The position numbers were made by a program, and so were the translations under genes. The notes under the pieces are model-generated. The model saw only the letters and a program-made list of their open reading frames with translations, did no database searches and was not told the DNA's origin. A DNA stretch of 20,000 nucleotides from an uncultured virus (IMG/VR IMGVR_UViG_3300021407_000014) (Duplodnaviria; Heunggongvirae; Uroviricota; Caudoviricetes): IMG/VR virus record IMGVR_UViG_3300021407_000014. One strand, given 5' to 3'. Below are positions 6,824 through 14,584 of this stretch, piece by piece (position 1 is the first letter of the stretch; each line of letters starts with the position of its first letter).

Positions 6824-7735
6824 ATGTCGAAACGACCTCGCATGTGCGGCTGCGGCCACGAGGAGACCAGCCACCTCGTGAACAAGAAGGACCCGAAGGG
6901 CCCGCGCGGCGCGTGCAACTACGGGCACGACCATGCGATGGGCGGCTGTCCGTGTCCGAGCTTCCATTCGCGGCGCTGGAAGAGCGACAAGCCGTTCCTA
7001 GTCCCCGGTCCGTTCCCGGGAGCAACGGAGCGACCGTCCATCGCGGCCGCGGTCAAAGCGCTCCGTCGAGAGGTGTTTGACGCGATCGACCGGTTCGAGA
7101 AGGCCGTGCTCGCGGCGCCGAAACCTGCAACGAAAGCCAAGCTTCGGGAAGAGCTTCAGTACCTGGTGCGGAGTGCCGGTCCTGAGCCCGTTTCGATGCT
7201 CGCGACCAACGGCATGTCCCGCGCGCACCAGGCGACCGGCCCCGTCATGGGGCGCTGCGAGCGCGCGCTCCTGGACGTCCTCGCGAGCCGACACGGAAAG
7301 CACACGAGCCCCGGGCAGCTCGCCGTCATGAGCGGCTACAGCTTGAAGAGCTCGGGGTTCGCGAACGCGCTCTCTTCGCTGCGCTCGAGGGGTCTCGCCG
7401 AGGGCTACCGCGACGAGATCCACGTCACCGAAGCTGGGCGCGCGGCGAGCCCCGACGCGAAGCTCCCCACGGGCAGAGCGCTGCTCGAAATGTGGCTTCC
7501 CAAGCTGGGACGCTGCGAGCGGGAGCTGATCAGGTGCCTCCTCGATGTCTACCCGCAGGGGATCCCGAAAGAGGACCTGTCCGAGATGACGGGCTACTCC
7601 ATCACGTCGAGCGGCTTTGCGAACGCGCTCTCGCGCCTGCGGACGCTGGAGCTCGCCGAGGGCTACGACGACATCCGCGCGTCGGCTGCAATCGGAGGGG
7701 AGAAGCCTCTCCGGGATGAGGAGCTAGCGAATTGA
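6824..7735 (+). CDS. Putative DNA-binding protein: N-terminal Cys/His zinc finger plus two tandem winged-helix-like repeats
   Basis: CGCGH..H...C...CPC at the N-terminus. Internal repeat GRCERxL...GYSxxSSGFANALSxLRxxxLAEGY occurs twice. Confidence 0.8.
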   Translation: MSKRPRMCGCGHEETSHLVNKKDPKGPRGACNYGHDHAMGGCPCPSFHSRRWKSDKPFLVPGPFPGATERPSIAAAVKALRREVFDAIDRFEKAVLAAPKPATKAKLREELQYLVRSAGPEPVSMLATNGMSRAHQATGPVMGRCERALLDVLASRHGKHTSPGQLAVMSGYSLKSSGFANALSSLRSRGLAEGYRDEIHVTEAGRAASPDAKLPTGRALLEMWLPKLGRCERELIRCLLDVYPQGIPKEDLSEMTGYSITSSGFANALSRLRTLELAEGYDDIRASAAIGGEKPLRDEELAN

Positions 7736-8079
7736 AAGTCATCGTCGCCGGCTCCCGCGACATCAAGTCTCTCGAAGACGTTCGCCACGCGATCCACGAG
7801 AGCGGCTACAGCGTGACGGAGCTCGTCTCGGGCTGCGCGAAGGGCGTAGACGCGCTTGGAGAAGCGTGGGCGCGCGCCGCAGGGGTGCCTATCAAGCGCT
7901 TTCGACCGAACTGGGCGGGCCAGGGCTCGTACGCCGGTCCGGCGCGCAACCAGAGGATGGCCGACTACGCCGAGGCGCTCGTGGCGGTGACCCACTCGCC
8001 CTGGACGCCGGGCACCGCGGACATGATCCGCCGCGCGCGAGCGAAGGGGCTGCTCGTGTACGTGAAGGAGGTTCCGTGA
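7732..8079 (+). CDS. SLOG-superfamily protein (YspA-related / DUF2493-like)
   Basis: MKVIVAGSR...ELVSGCAKGVDALGEAWA...NW...AGPARNQRMADYAEALVA...GTADMIRRA. Confidence 0.9.
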   Translation: MKVIVAGSRDIKSLEDVRHAIHESGYSVTELVSGCAKGVDALGEAWARAAGVPIKRFRPNWAGQGSYAGPARNQRMADYAEALVAVTHSPWTPGTADMIRRARAKGLLVYVKEVP

Positions 8080-8438
8080 TCCGACGTGCTCGCATCGTCA
8101 CGCTTCCCTTCCGACTCGTGAGCCCGAACCAGGTCCGCGGGCACTGGGGCAAGCACGCAAAGCGCGAGGAAGAGGAGCGCGGCATCGCGCGTCTCGCGTG
8201 CCGCGGCCCTCTACGGGAGTTCCGTCTCGAACTCAACGAAGCTCGTCACGTAGATGTCCTGATCACGCGCCTCGGACGGAAGCCGTTCGACTCGGACAAT
8301 CTTGCCATGGCCGCAAAACACGTGCGTGACGGCGTCGCCGACGCTCTCGGCATCGACGACGGAGACGAACGAGTGACCTGGCACTACGCGCAGCGAATCG
8401 AGATGTTCTACGCCGTCGAGATCCAGGTCTCTACCTAG
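8076..8438 (+). CDS. RusA-like Holliday junction resolvase (120 aa)
   Basis: GTG 8076 overlaps the upstream stop; LVSPN, FDSDNLAMAAKHVRDGVADALGIDD match the RusA DxDN..K..D..DD pattern. Confidence 0.85.
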   Translation: MIRRARIVTLPFRLVSPNQVRGHWGKHAKREEEERGIARLACRGPLREFRLELNEARHVDVLITRLGRKPFDSDNLAMAAKHVRDGVADALGIDDGDERVTWHYAQRIEMFYAVEIQVST

Positions 8439-8455
8439 CTATCGCCGTGTACGAC

Positions 8456-8833
8456 TTACTTGTGCGCGGCGGACCGGGCAGCCGCGATCTTGGCGCGCGC
8501 GGAGAGTGACGCGGGGGCCCTGGCCGAGGTGACCTTCCCCATGGCGAGCCCCGGCGATCCGGGAAGGCTGAACGTCGGGTTCGAGTTCACCGACGTCATC
8601 GTCGGCTTGAGGATCTTGTCGCGCATCGTTTGGAGCTGATCCGGGGTGAGCGTCGAGCAGAACTTGCACTGCTTCGCCGGAAGCGTCTTCGGGTCGACCA
8701 TCGTGGGCACTGCTCCCGGCAGGATGGTCACTCCGCAGGAGGTCACGTAGGCATGAGACCCGGACGCCGGGTGCACTCCGGTCCCGTGCACCGCGTGCCA
8801 GCCGTTGGGACTATTCACGTATTTCTGAGGCAT
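8456..8833 (-). CDS. Hypothetical protein with a probable zinc-binding motif and basic tail
   Basis: WHAVH...SCG...CKFC; SD-like CAGGAG upstream of the ATG. Confidence 0.75.
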   Translation of the reverse strand: MPQKYVNSPNGWHAVHGTGVHPASGSHAYVTSCGVTILPGAVPTMVDPKTLPAKQCKFCSTLTPDQLQTMRDKILKPTMTSVNSNPTFSLPGSPGLAMGKVTSARAPASLSARAKIAAARSAAHK

Positions 8834-8866
8834 GGGCTTCTCCTGTTGCGAACCTGAGACGTGAGC

Positions 8867-10870
8867 TTACGGTCCAGGGAAAACGACGGCGTCGAAGATG
8901 ATCGAGCTGAACGAGTCCGGACGGTAGGCGCCGCCCACGGCATCGTAGCCCGCTCCGCCCGTCGACTGGTGCGCTTGCTGGTAACCGCCTCCGCCTACGG
9001 GCGTGAGCAGTGAAGCCCACGTGAACGCCCGAAGGCCAGCGACCGACGCTCCCGTAGCCGGATCGAACGCATACGCCTCCGTCGGGCTTCCGCTCACGAT
9101 GGCCCCGTCCAGGATAGGGCCCATGAGCGCGTCCGCGAAACCACTCTTCAAGAGCGGCGGCAGAAGGTCGGCAGTCGCCGCGACGACCTGCACGATGTGC
9201 ATGCTCGTGTGCTCTCGGAACGTGTTCGTGGAGTTGCCGGTGAAGCTCGAATCGCCCCAGAGAGCGGGGTAGCCCATGGCCGACGTAAACGGCGAGGCCG
9301 CGTGGAACGAGATCGAGCTCTGCGGAAACATCGCAAAGTTCACGCCGTCCATGTTCCAGAACGCGAGCGGTCCGGCGGAGATGTTCGCGCCGCCGCCTAC
9401 CCCGAAGCCTCCAATGGAGAAGGTCGAATCCGGACCCGTGCCGTTGTTGCCCACGGACGTCACGCTGTCCACGTACATGAACGACCCGCCCTCGAACGAG
9501 GTCGCGAACGAGCCTTGGACAGCCCCGAAGGCCCAGCTACAGCCATCGGAGTTCGCCTGACCCAGGAACGTGACGAACGCGTTGTTGAAGCACGGGTTGA
9601 CGAGGAACGTCAGGTTCCCCGTGAACGTGATGTTCGGTCCCTCGTCCGGAGGCCCGTTGAAGATGACGTCGCAGTAGATCATGGTCGTCGTGGACGTGAG
9701 CGGGATGATCCCGTCCAAGATCACCGGTCCAGGGAACTGGGGCGCTGGCGTTGTCGCCGGAGGCGAGATGAGCGTCAGGTACTGGAGAGCGAAGACGCCG
9801 CTCTGTCCCGGCCGGGTCTGCGACTCGGCCGCCGAAGAGTCGTTGCCCGCGAGGCACGGGCCCAAGACTGCCGACGAGAACTTGACGACTCGGTACTCGT
9901 CCCCCGGAGCCGGGCTTCCGAAGAAAGAAGCAAGGCCGGTGAGCCCTGGCGAGAAGTTCGGGACCGGAAAGTTGCCCGTCTGCGAAGCGTAGAGGAGTTC
10001 CGAGAGCTGGACCGTGCCGCCGCCCTTGTCGATGACCGGGTAGGCCCTCGCTCCGAAGACGTCCTCGGGATAGAACGGTCCCAAGGCGCCCGTCAGGAAC
10101 TGCACCTGCGTCTGAAAGAGGAACGATGACCAGTCGGGGACGGTCGGGTCGGTGATCGTCCACGGCGTGTTGGTGAAGATGTCCTCGGTCTGCTCGGCCG
10201 TGATGGTCCCCGTATGCAGAACGGTCTGCGTTCCGATGATGACCACGGAGTTGTTGGCGCCGATGAAGTTGTAGAACGTGATGGGGTCGTTCACGGGCAG
10301 GTCGCCCAAGAGGAAGATGTTGATCTGCTTCACGATGGGCGTGTAGAGGACCGCGCCGCCCGTGTACGCGTTCACGAAGTGCGATCCCTCGAGCAGTAGC
10401 TCGGTGGGCGACACGACCTTCACGGTCCAGATCCCGATCGACTCGTGCGTTCCGATCGTCCCAGCGAAGGTGAGGAAGAACGCCGTCACCTCGACTTGGC
10501 TTCCCGTCACGACCCCCGCGGGCGGATTCGCGAGCGTGAGGAGGATCTGACCTCCGGCACCCGCGGTCATGTTCGTGATGTTGATCTGGTTGAAGGGCGG
10601 ATCCGGCGGGCCCGGTGGGTTCCTGTCCTCCGGGGGAGGAATAAAGATGGTCGTGAAGCGACCGAAGCGCTCCTGGAGCTCGGCGTACGTCTTGAGCGCC
10701 GTCTGTGGCGTGAAGCCGTTGGCGTTGTCGTCTCCGTTGACCGGATCGATGTAGTAGTTGGGGTTGACTGGGACGAAGTTCCCTCCGCCCTCTTCCCCCG
10801 GCATTCTGGGCCGGTACATCGCTTCGGCTGCTGCCCTTTGAATGTCCCCTCGAGCAACGGAGTTTCTCAT
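8867..10870 (-). CDS. Large spike/fibre-like protein, predicted beta-helix (667 aa)
   Basis: YYIDPVNGDDNANG...ALKTYAE cap motif typical of pectin-lyase-like beta-helices; G/S/T/F/N-rich; SD AGAGGAAAG. Confidence 0.8.
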   Translation of the reverse strand: MRNSVARGDIQRAAAEAMYRPRMPGEEGGGNFVPVNPNYYIDPVNGDDNANGFTPQTALKTYAELQERFGRFTTIFIPPPEDRNPPGPPDPPFNQINITNMTAGAGGQILLTLANPPAGVVTGSQVEVTAFFLTFAGTIGTHESIGIWTVKVVSPTELLLEGSHFVNAYTGGAVLYTPIVKQINIFLLGDLPVNDPITFYNFIGANNSVVIIGTQTVLHTGTITAEQTEDIFTNTPWTITDPTVPDWSSFLFQTQVQFLTGALGPFYPEDVFGARAYPVIDKGGGTVQLSELLYASQTGNFPVPNFSPGLTGLASFFGSPAPGDEYRVVKFSSAVLGPCLAGNDSSAAESQTRPGQSGVFALQYLTLISPPATTPAPQFPGPVILDGIIPLTSTTTMIYCDVIFNGPPDEGPNITFTGNLTFLVNPCFNNAFVTFLGQANSDGCSWAFGAVQGSFATSFEGGSFMYVDSVTSVGNNGTGPDSTFSIGGFGVGGGANISAGPLAFWNMDGVNFAMFPQSSISFHAASPFTSAMGYPALWGDSSFTGNSTNTFREHTSMHIVQVVAATADLLPPLLKSGFADALMGPILDGAIVSGSPTEAYAFDPATGASVAGLRAFTWASLLTPVGGGGYQQAHQSTGGAGYDAVGGAYRPDSFSSIIFDAVVFPGP

Positions 10871-10896
10871 GTCTTTCCTCTATCACGGGTCGGTGT

Positions 10897-11325
10897 TTAT
10901 GTCCGTTCCCGGATCAGATCCTGGAACCAAGTGTTGCTCAAAGCCCGCGGGCCTCGAGCTCTCTTCACAGCCTGGATAGCTGTCTCGGGGATGACGCCAA
11001 GCTCCATGAGCGCGTGAGCCACGACAAGTCCCGACCGGTTGAACCCCTGCCAGCACGTTACAAGCACTCGATTGCCCACCGCTCGAGCTTTCGCGACGAT
11101 GCGCCCGGCGTCTTCGGCCCAGCGTACTTGGTTCTCGGTAGGAGGCTTTCCCGAGTCATCGAGCGGTACGCGCAAGACGTGCGTGCCAGGTCCGAACGGC
11201 TCGCGCCACTGTGGGAGCTGGTACTCTTCGGCGCAGAGCACGACCAGATCGAACGGAAGCGTCTGTCCCGGCTTGGGCGCGCTTCCCTGGTACAGGCCGG
11301 GCGCCACCCGGGAAGCATCAAGCAC
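10897..11325 (-). CDS. Dual-specificity (CX5R) phosphatase (142 aa)
   Basis: Start re-assigned to GTG 11325. GLYQGSAP, general-acid loop VPLDD, P-loop VLVTCWQGFNRSG, AIQAVKRARG, LSNTWF. Confidence 0.92.
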   Translation of the reverse strand: MLDASRVAPGLYQGSAPKPGQTLPFDLVVLCAEEYQLPQWREPFGPGTHVLRVPLDDSGKPPTENQVRWAEDAGRIVAKARAVGNRVLVTCWQGFNRSGLVVAHALMELGVIPETAIQAVKRARGPRALSNTWFQDLIRERT

Positions 11326-11333
11326 GCGCGCTC

Positions 11334-11708
11334 TCAGGTGCCGGTGCTTACAGGAAGTGCGGGAGAAGGTGCGGGAGAAGCTTGTGCTTGCTCGGTCTGC
11401 TGCGTGTCCCAGCTGCTCTCGAGCTGGCCCGCCGAGTTGATGCACTCGGGCATGAGCCCGTAGGTTACGTAGTACCGCGCGGCCCAGAGCGAACCGATAA
11501 CGGTCCCCACGGCTCCAATCGCAGCGGTGACGCCGAACGCGCGCTGATACTTTTCTGACGCGAAGAGTCCCACGACTCCTACGCCCGTCGCGGCGAGCCC
11601 GAGAAAGAGCGTGCCCAGAGACCCGTACTGCTGAAGCGACAGGTCCGAGCACATGGGGGTCTGCGCGGGCGGGGACTGACCGAGGCCTCTGGAACGAATG
11701 GGTGTCAT
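11334..11708 (-). CDS. Small membrane protein with two predicted TM helices
   Basis: Hydrophobic segments GSLGTLFLGLAATGVGVVGLFA and AFGVTAAIGAVGTVIGSLWAA; one Cys on each side of the hairpin. Confidence 0.8.
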   Translation of the reverse strand: MTPIRSRGLGQSPPAQTPMCSDLSLQQYGSLGTLFLGLAATGVGVVGLFASEKYQRAFGVTAAIGAVGTVIGSLWAARYYVTYGLMPECINSAGQLESSWDTQQTEQAQASPAPSPALPVSTGT

Positions 11709-12154
11709 GCGTTGTCGACGATGGGTGTGGGTTGGTTCCCGATCGTCGTCCCTTGCTGGAGGAGCTGGTTCGCTTGGTTGTTCACGCCGACGACGCTCCC
11801 CTGGTTCGCAGCGAGCTGCGCTTGGGCCTGTGACGAGAGAGCGGCCTGGGAAGCCTGCGAGTTCTTGTAGATCGCGTACCCGATGCCTCCAAGCACCAGA
11901 GCGCCGAGACCTCCCAAGAGAAGCGTGTTGCGTGAGAGAGGGTTACCTCTCCACCTCGGCCACGTGGCCGTGTAGCTTTGCTCAAGCAATCGAAACTGGG
12001 TCTTGGCTGCCGGCGCAGAAGGGGCCCGGATGAACCTGTCGGAGTCGTCATCGCTGACGAGGTAGAGAGGGTCTCCGACCCCCCAGTATCGACCGCGCCT
12101 GTCGTAACCTTGGCGATCGATACGAATGCGCTCGGCGTAGACCCTGCCAGCCAT
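11705..12154 (-). CDS. Single-pass membrane protein with N-terminal extra domain (NP family)
   Basis: N-domain RIRIDRQGYDRRGRYWGVGDPLY..., then RWRGNP-LSRNTLLLGGLGALVLGGIGYAIYKN and a Gln/Ala-rich tail. Confidence 0.85.
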   Translation of the reverse strand: MAGRVYAERIRIDRQGYDRRGRYWGVGDPLYLVSDDDSDRFIRAPSAPAAKTQFRLLEQSYTATWPRWRGNPLSRNTLLLGGLGALVLGGIGYAIYKNSQASQAALSSQAQAQLAANQGSVVGVNNQANQLLQQGTTIGNQPTPIVDNA

Positions 12155-12516
12155 CAGTACCCCAGGTTCCAGCCAATTTCGTTGCCGCCGGTCACCTGCG
12201 CGGGGATCCCAGGCGACGCGGGCGTCGTGATGACGGGAGCGTTCTGCGCCTGGAGAGGAATGGTCGACGAGCCCGTGGGTGTGAGCACGTTGCTCGCGCC
12301 GGGGGGCGTCACCACGGTCGTCTGCGCCGACGCCGGAGGGAACGCGGGGGGCGCTGGGAGAACGCCGGACGCGACAGGGGCTACAGCAGGCTGGTTCGCT
12401 CGGTAGATCGCATACGCGATGCCCGCGATCACCGCGCCGCCCACGCCGAGCAGAAGCAGCTTCTGCGTGTCGGGAGAGATAGGATTGCGTCTGTAGTGCC
12501 TGCGTCTGCGTGCCAT
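12154..12516 (-). CDS. Single-pass membrane protein with Arg-rich leader (NP family)
   Basis: MARRRRHYRRNP-ISPDTQKLLLLGVGGAVIAGIAYAIYR; Pro/Thr/Ala-rich tail. Confidence 0.88.
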   Translation of the reverse strand: MARRRRHYRRNPISPDTQKLLLLGVGGAVIAGIAYAIYRANQPAVAPVASGVLPAPPAFPPASAQTTVVTPPGASNVLTPTGSSTIPLQAQNAPVITTPASPGIPAQVTGGNEIGWNLGY

Positions 12517-12519
12517 GAC

Positions 12520-12825
12520 TCAGCTCCCTGCCGGCACGGGCGTCCCGATGGGAGGCGCGCCTGCGTAGTTCCCGCCCAGAGCCTGCTCGGCAACGCCCTG
12601 GCTGACGTTGTAGACCGGATTGCCCTGCGTGAGCTGCTGGAGCGGGGAAGCCGCCTGCGTGACCTGGTTACCCACTTGACCTGCCGCTCCCGAGACCTGC
12701 GCAGCGGCGGCTTGGGTGCTCTGCTGCGTCTTGTAGACCGCGTACACGAGACCGCCCACGACGGCAGCTCCCACCCCGATCGTGATCCATTCGTTTCGCG
12801 TGAGGCCGTGCGTTTTCTTAGCCAT
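12520..12825 (-). CDS. Single-pass membrane protein (family member with short basic leader)
   Basis: MAKKTHG-LTRNEWITIGVGAAVVGGLVYAVYK; Gln/Ala-rich tail. Confidence 0.85.
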   Translation of the reverse strand: MAKKTHGLTRNEWITIGVGAAVVGGLVYAVYKTQQSTQAAAAQVSGAAGQVGNQVTQAASPLQQLTQGNPVYNVSQGVAEQALGGNYAGAPPIGTPVPAGS

Positions 12826-12837
12826 GCTTCTCTCTTC

Positions 12838-13032
12838 TCAAAGCCCCGGCAGGAGCGTAACGAGCCCGGCGACCGACGACGTGTCTTCCGCTGTTCCCAG
12901 CGTCGTCGGTGCCTGACCCAAGGACTTCACGATGGCGTAGAGACCGAGGCCCGTGAGAAAAAGCGACCCAACACCGAGCACCACGGTCTCTGTGTCCGTG
13001 ATGCCTTGATCTTGGGTCCCTTTCGCGCGCAC
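12838..13032 (-). CDS. Single-pass membrane protein (64 aa, family member)
   Basis: MRAKGTQDQG-ITDTETVVLGVGSLFLTGLGLYAIVK; SD AAGGAG upstream of the GTG. Confidence 0.82.
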   Translation of the reverse strand: MRAKGTQDQGITDTETVVLGVGSLFLTGLGLYAIVKSLGQAPTTLGTAEDTSSVAGLVTLLPGL

Positions 13033-13045
13033 GAGTTCTCCTTCG

Positions 13046-13444
13046 TCAGCCCGCGTAGTTCGGGTTGCCGACCGAGCCTGGCGCGACCGCGTTCGCCTGC
13101 TGCGCGTACTGCGCGGGGGTCATGCCTTGGTTGTACGCATCCTGCGCTTGCGCCGACGAGAGCCCGAGCTGCTGCGCTTGCGCATTGAAGTTCTGCGCGT
13201 ACTGCGTTGCGCTCGCGGCGAGAGCTTGGTCGCTCGCGTTGGCCGGGGCGGGCCCGCCGGATGCGCTCGTGCTCGCAGGAGTGCTCGAGTTCTTGTAGAG
13301 GATGTACCCGAGCGTCCCAACGACCGCGAGGCCCATCGCGCCGAAGACGAACATCCGCTCTTCGTGCTTCTTGTGAGCCGTGGGAGAGAGTCCTTCGGGA
13401 TTGGACCGGTAGTAGCGCCTATGCCTTCGACGGCGACGAGCCAT
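13046..13444 (-). CDS. Single-pass membrane protein with Arg-rich leader (NP family)
   Basis: MARRRRRHRRYYRSNP-EGLSP...MFVFGAMGLAVVGTLGYILYKN; Gln/Ala-rich tail; SD GGAGG. Confidence 0.87.
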   Translation of the reverse strand: MARRRRRHRRYYRSNPEGLSPTAHKKHEERMFVFGAMGLAVVGTLGYILYKNSSTPASTSASGGPAPANASDQALAASATQYAQNFNAQAQQLGLSSAQAQDAYNQGMTPAQYAQQANAVAPGSVGNPNYAG

Positions 13445-13446
13445 GA

Positions 13447-13878
13447 TCAGCCTCCCTGGGGAACGACTTCGTAGCCATTCAAGGTCTGGACACCCGTGGG
13501 CGTGACGCCCTGGACGGCCGCACCCGACTCGGCCGACGTCGGCAAGAGCGCGTTGCTCGCGCTCGTGCCCGCCGTGGGGTTGAAGTGCTTGTAGAGCAGG
13601 TAGCCGCCCACGCCGAGGACCGAGAGGCCGATGAGCCCCCCGATGACGATCTCGGTGTCGGTCGTGATGGGGTTGCGTCGTCGGTAGTGTCGCCTGCGGG
13701 CCATGGTCGTCTCCTGGGTGAGGTGAGAAGAGAGTAGCTTTGCTTCGCGGTCGGCTTTCCTGAAGCTCATGGGCCCCGCGACCGCCCGTGAGTGGAAGAA
13801 CACGTAGTGCGAGCGACCGACGTTCAGGACCGAGACGTCGGGCGCGTAACGGAAGTGCTTGGGTCTCCTGTAACTCAC
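13447..13878 (-). CDS. Single-pass membrane protein (NP family) with a probable second in-frame start at 13704
   Basis: GTG 13878 overlaps the upstream stop. Internal ATG 13704 has SD AGGAG and gives MARRRHYRRRNP-ITTDTEIVIGGLIGLSVLGVGGYLLYK. Confidence 0.82.
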   Translation of the reverse strand: MSYRRPKHFRYAPDVSVLNVGRSHYVFFHSRAVAGPMSFRKADREAKLLSSHLTQETTMARRRHYRRRNPITTDTEIVIGGLIGLSVLGVGGYLLYKHFNPTAGTSASNALLPTSAESGAAVQGVTPTGVQTLNGYEVVPQGG

Positions 13879-14162
13879 GAGAACCCCGGCACGAAAGGCG
13901 GAACCTGGTCTGCGACGCCGGCCATGGGCGGCATGGTCGCAGGCGTGGTCCCAGAGCTCGGGCTCGAGCCCTGCGAGCCCTGCGATAGCTGCACGGGCGC
14001 CGCGCTCGCCTTGGATGCGTAGGCGACGATCGCGACGAAGGCCGCGAGCCCCGCGAGGCCGAGCACGACCTTCTCGGTGTCGGTCATGGGGCCGGTCGGG
14101 TTGCGCCGCGCGTACCCGCGCCGCCTCTTGACACGTCTCCGTCGAGTGCTCAGGCGGCTCAC
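13875..14162 (-). CDS. Single-pass membrane protein with Arg-rich leader (NP family), first of the array
   Basis: MSRLSTRRRRVKRRRGYARRNP-TGPMTDTEKVVLGLAGLAAFVAIVAYASK; TAGGAT 6 nt upstream of the GTG. Confidence 0.85.
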   Translation of the reverse strand: MSRLSTRRRRVKRRRGYARRNPTGPMTDTEKVVLGLAGLAAFVAIVAYASKASAAPVQLSQGSQGSSPSSGTTPATMPPMAGVADQVPPFVPGFS

Positions 14163-14212
14163 TCCCGAATCCTACATCAAGTCGCGCGAACCATCTAGGC
14201 TCTGGCCTAGAG

Positions 14213-14575
14213 CTAAGCCAACGAAACGACGACTCTATCTCCCACCTTGACGTCGTGACGTGCTGCGAATCCGCCGTTTACCTCGAGCACTGTGGTCGAC
14301 GGACGATGGATCTGGTGACCGTCCCCCTCGGTGGGCTGGAGGGAGAGTACGCCAACCACGCGATCGTAGTCGAGAAAGATGAGGTCGAGTGGGATGCGCG
14401 TCCGACGCATCGTAAACACGTGGTTCGTGCGCGTCCCCAGCCAAAAGAGCATTCCGCCCATCTCGTCGAGCTCTGTACGACCCATGAGCCCTCGGGCGAG
14501 CTCCTCAGGGCTCTCGGCGATGTCGACCTGCACTGATACGCCCTGCCGGGGGAAGCTCACGAAGCCGGGGGTCAT
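14213..14575 (-). CDS. DUF192 family protein
   Basis: VDIAESPEELARGLMGR...GMLF...FTMRRTRIPLDLIFL...VLEVNGGFAARHDVKVGDRV. Confidence 0.92.
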   Translation of the reverse strand: MTPGFVSFPRQGVSVQVDIAESPEELARGLMGRTELDEMGGMLFWLGTRTNHVFTMRRTRIPLDLIFLDYDRVVGVLSLQPTEGDGHQIHRPSTTVLEVNGGFAARHDVKVGDRVVVSLA

Positions 14576-14584
14576 CTCGGGCTC

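Noticed and set aside
9197..10886. Long alternative-frame ORFs (9537-10886 minus, 9197-10129 plus; likewise 5842-6780 plus)
   Set aside because: Arg/Gly-rich shadow frames expected at high GC, overlapping better-supported genes. Only the last 51 codons of 5842-6780 are kept as a gene.
11357..11380. 12-bp tandem repeat GTGCGGGAGAAG x2
   Set aside because: It only encodes a Ser-Pro-Ala linker and has two copies.
12520..13032. Type IV prepilin-like G|xxxxE pattern (G-LTRNE, G-ITDTE)
   Set aside because: Positions +3/+4 are charged or polar rather than hydrophobic, other paralogues lack the Gly, and no pilus machinery is present. It is better explained as a helix cap.
12154..14162. Arg-rich leaders as twin-arginine (Tat) signal peptides
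   Set aside because: No S/T-R-R-x-F-L-K consensus, the helix is generally followed by Y-K/R rather than an AxA cleavage site, and the tails are too short and low-complexity to be folded Tat cargo.
14196..14211. Hairpin CTAGGC-TCTG-GCCTAG as a terminator after the DUF192 gene
   Set aside because: Short stem with no U-tract; not enough support to call.
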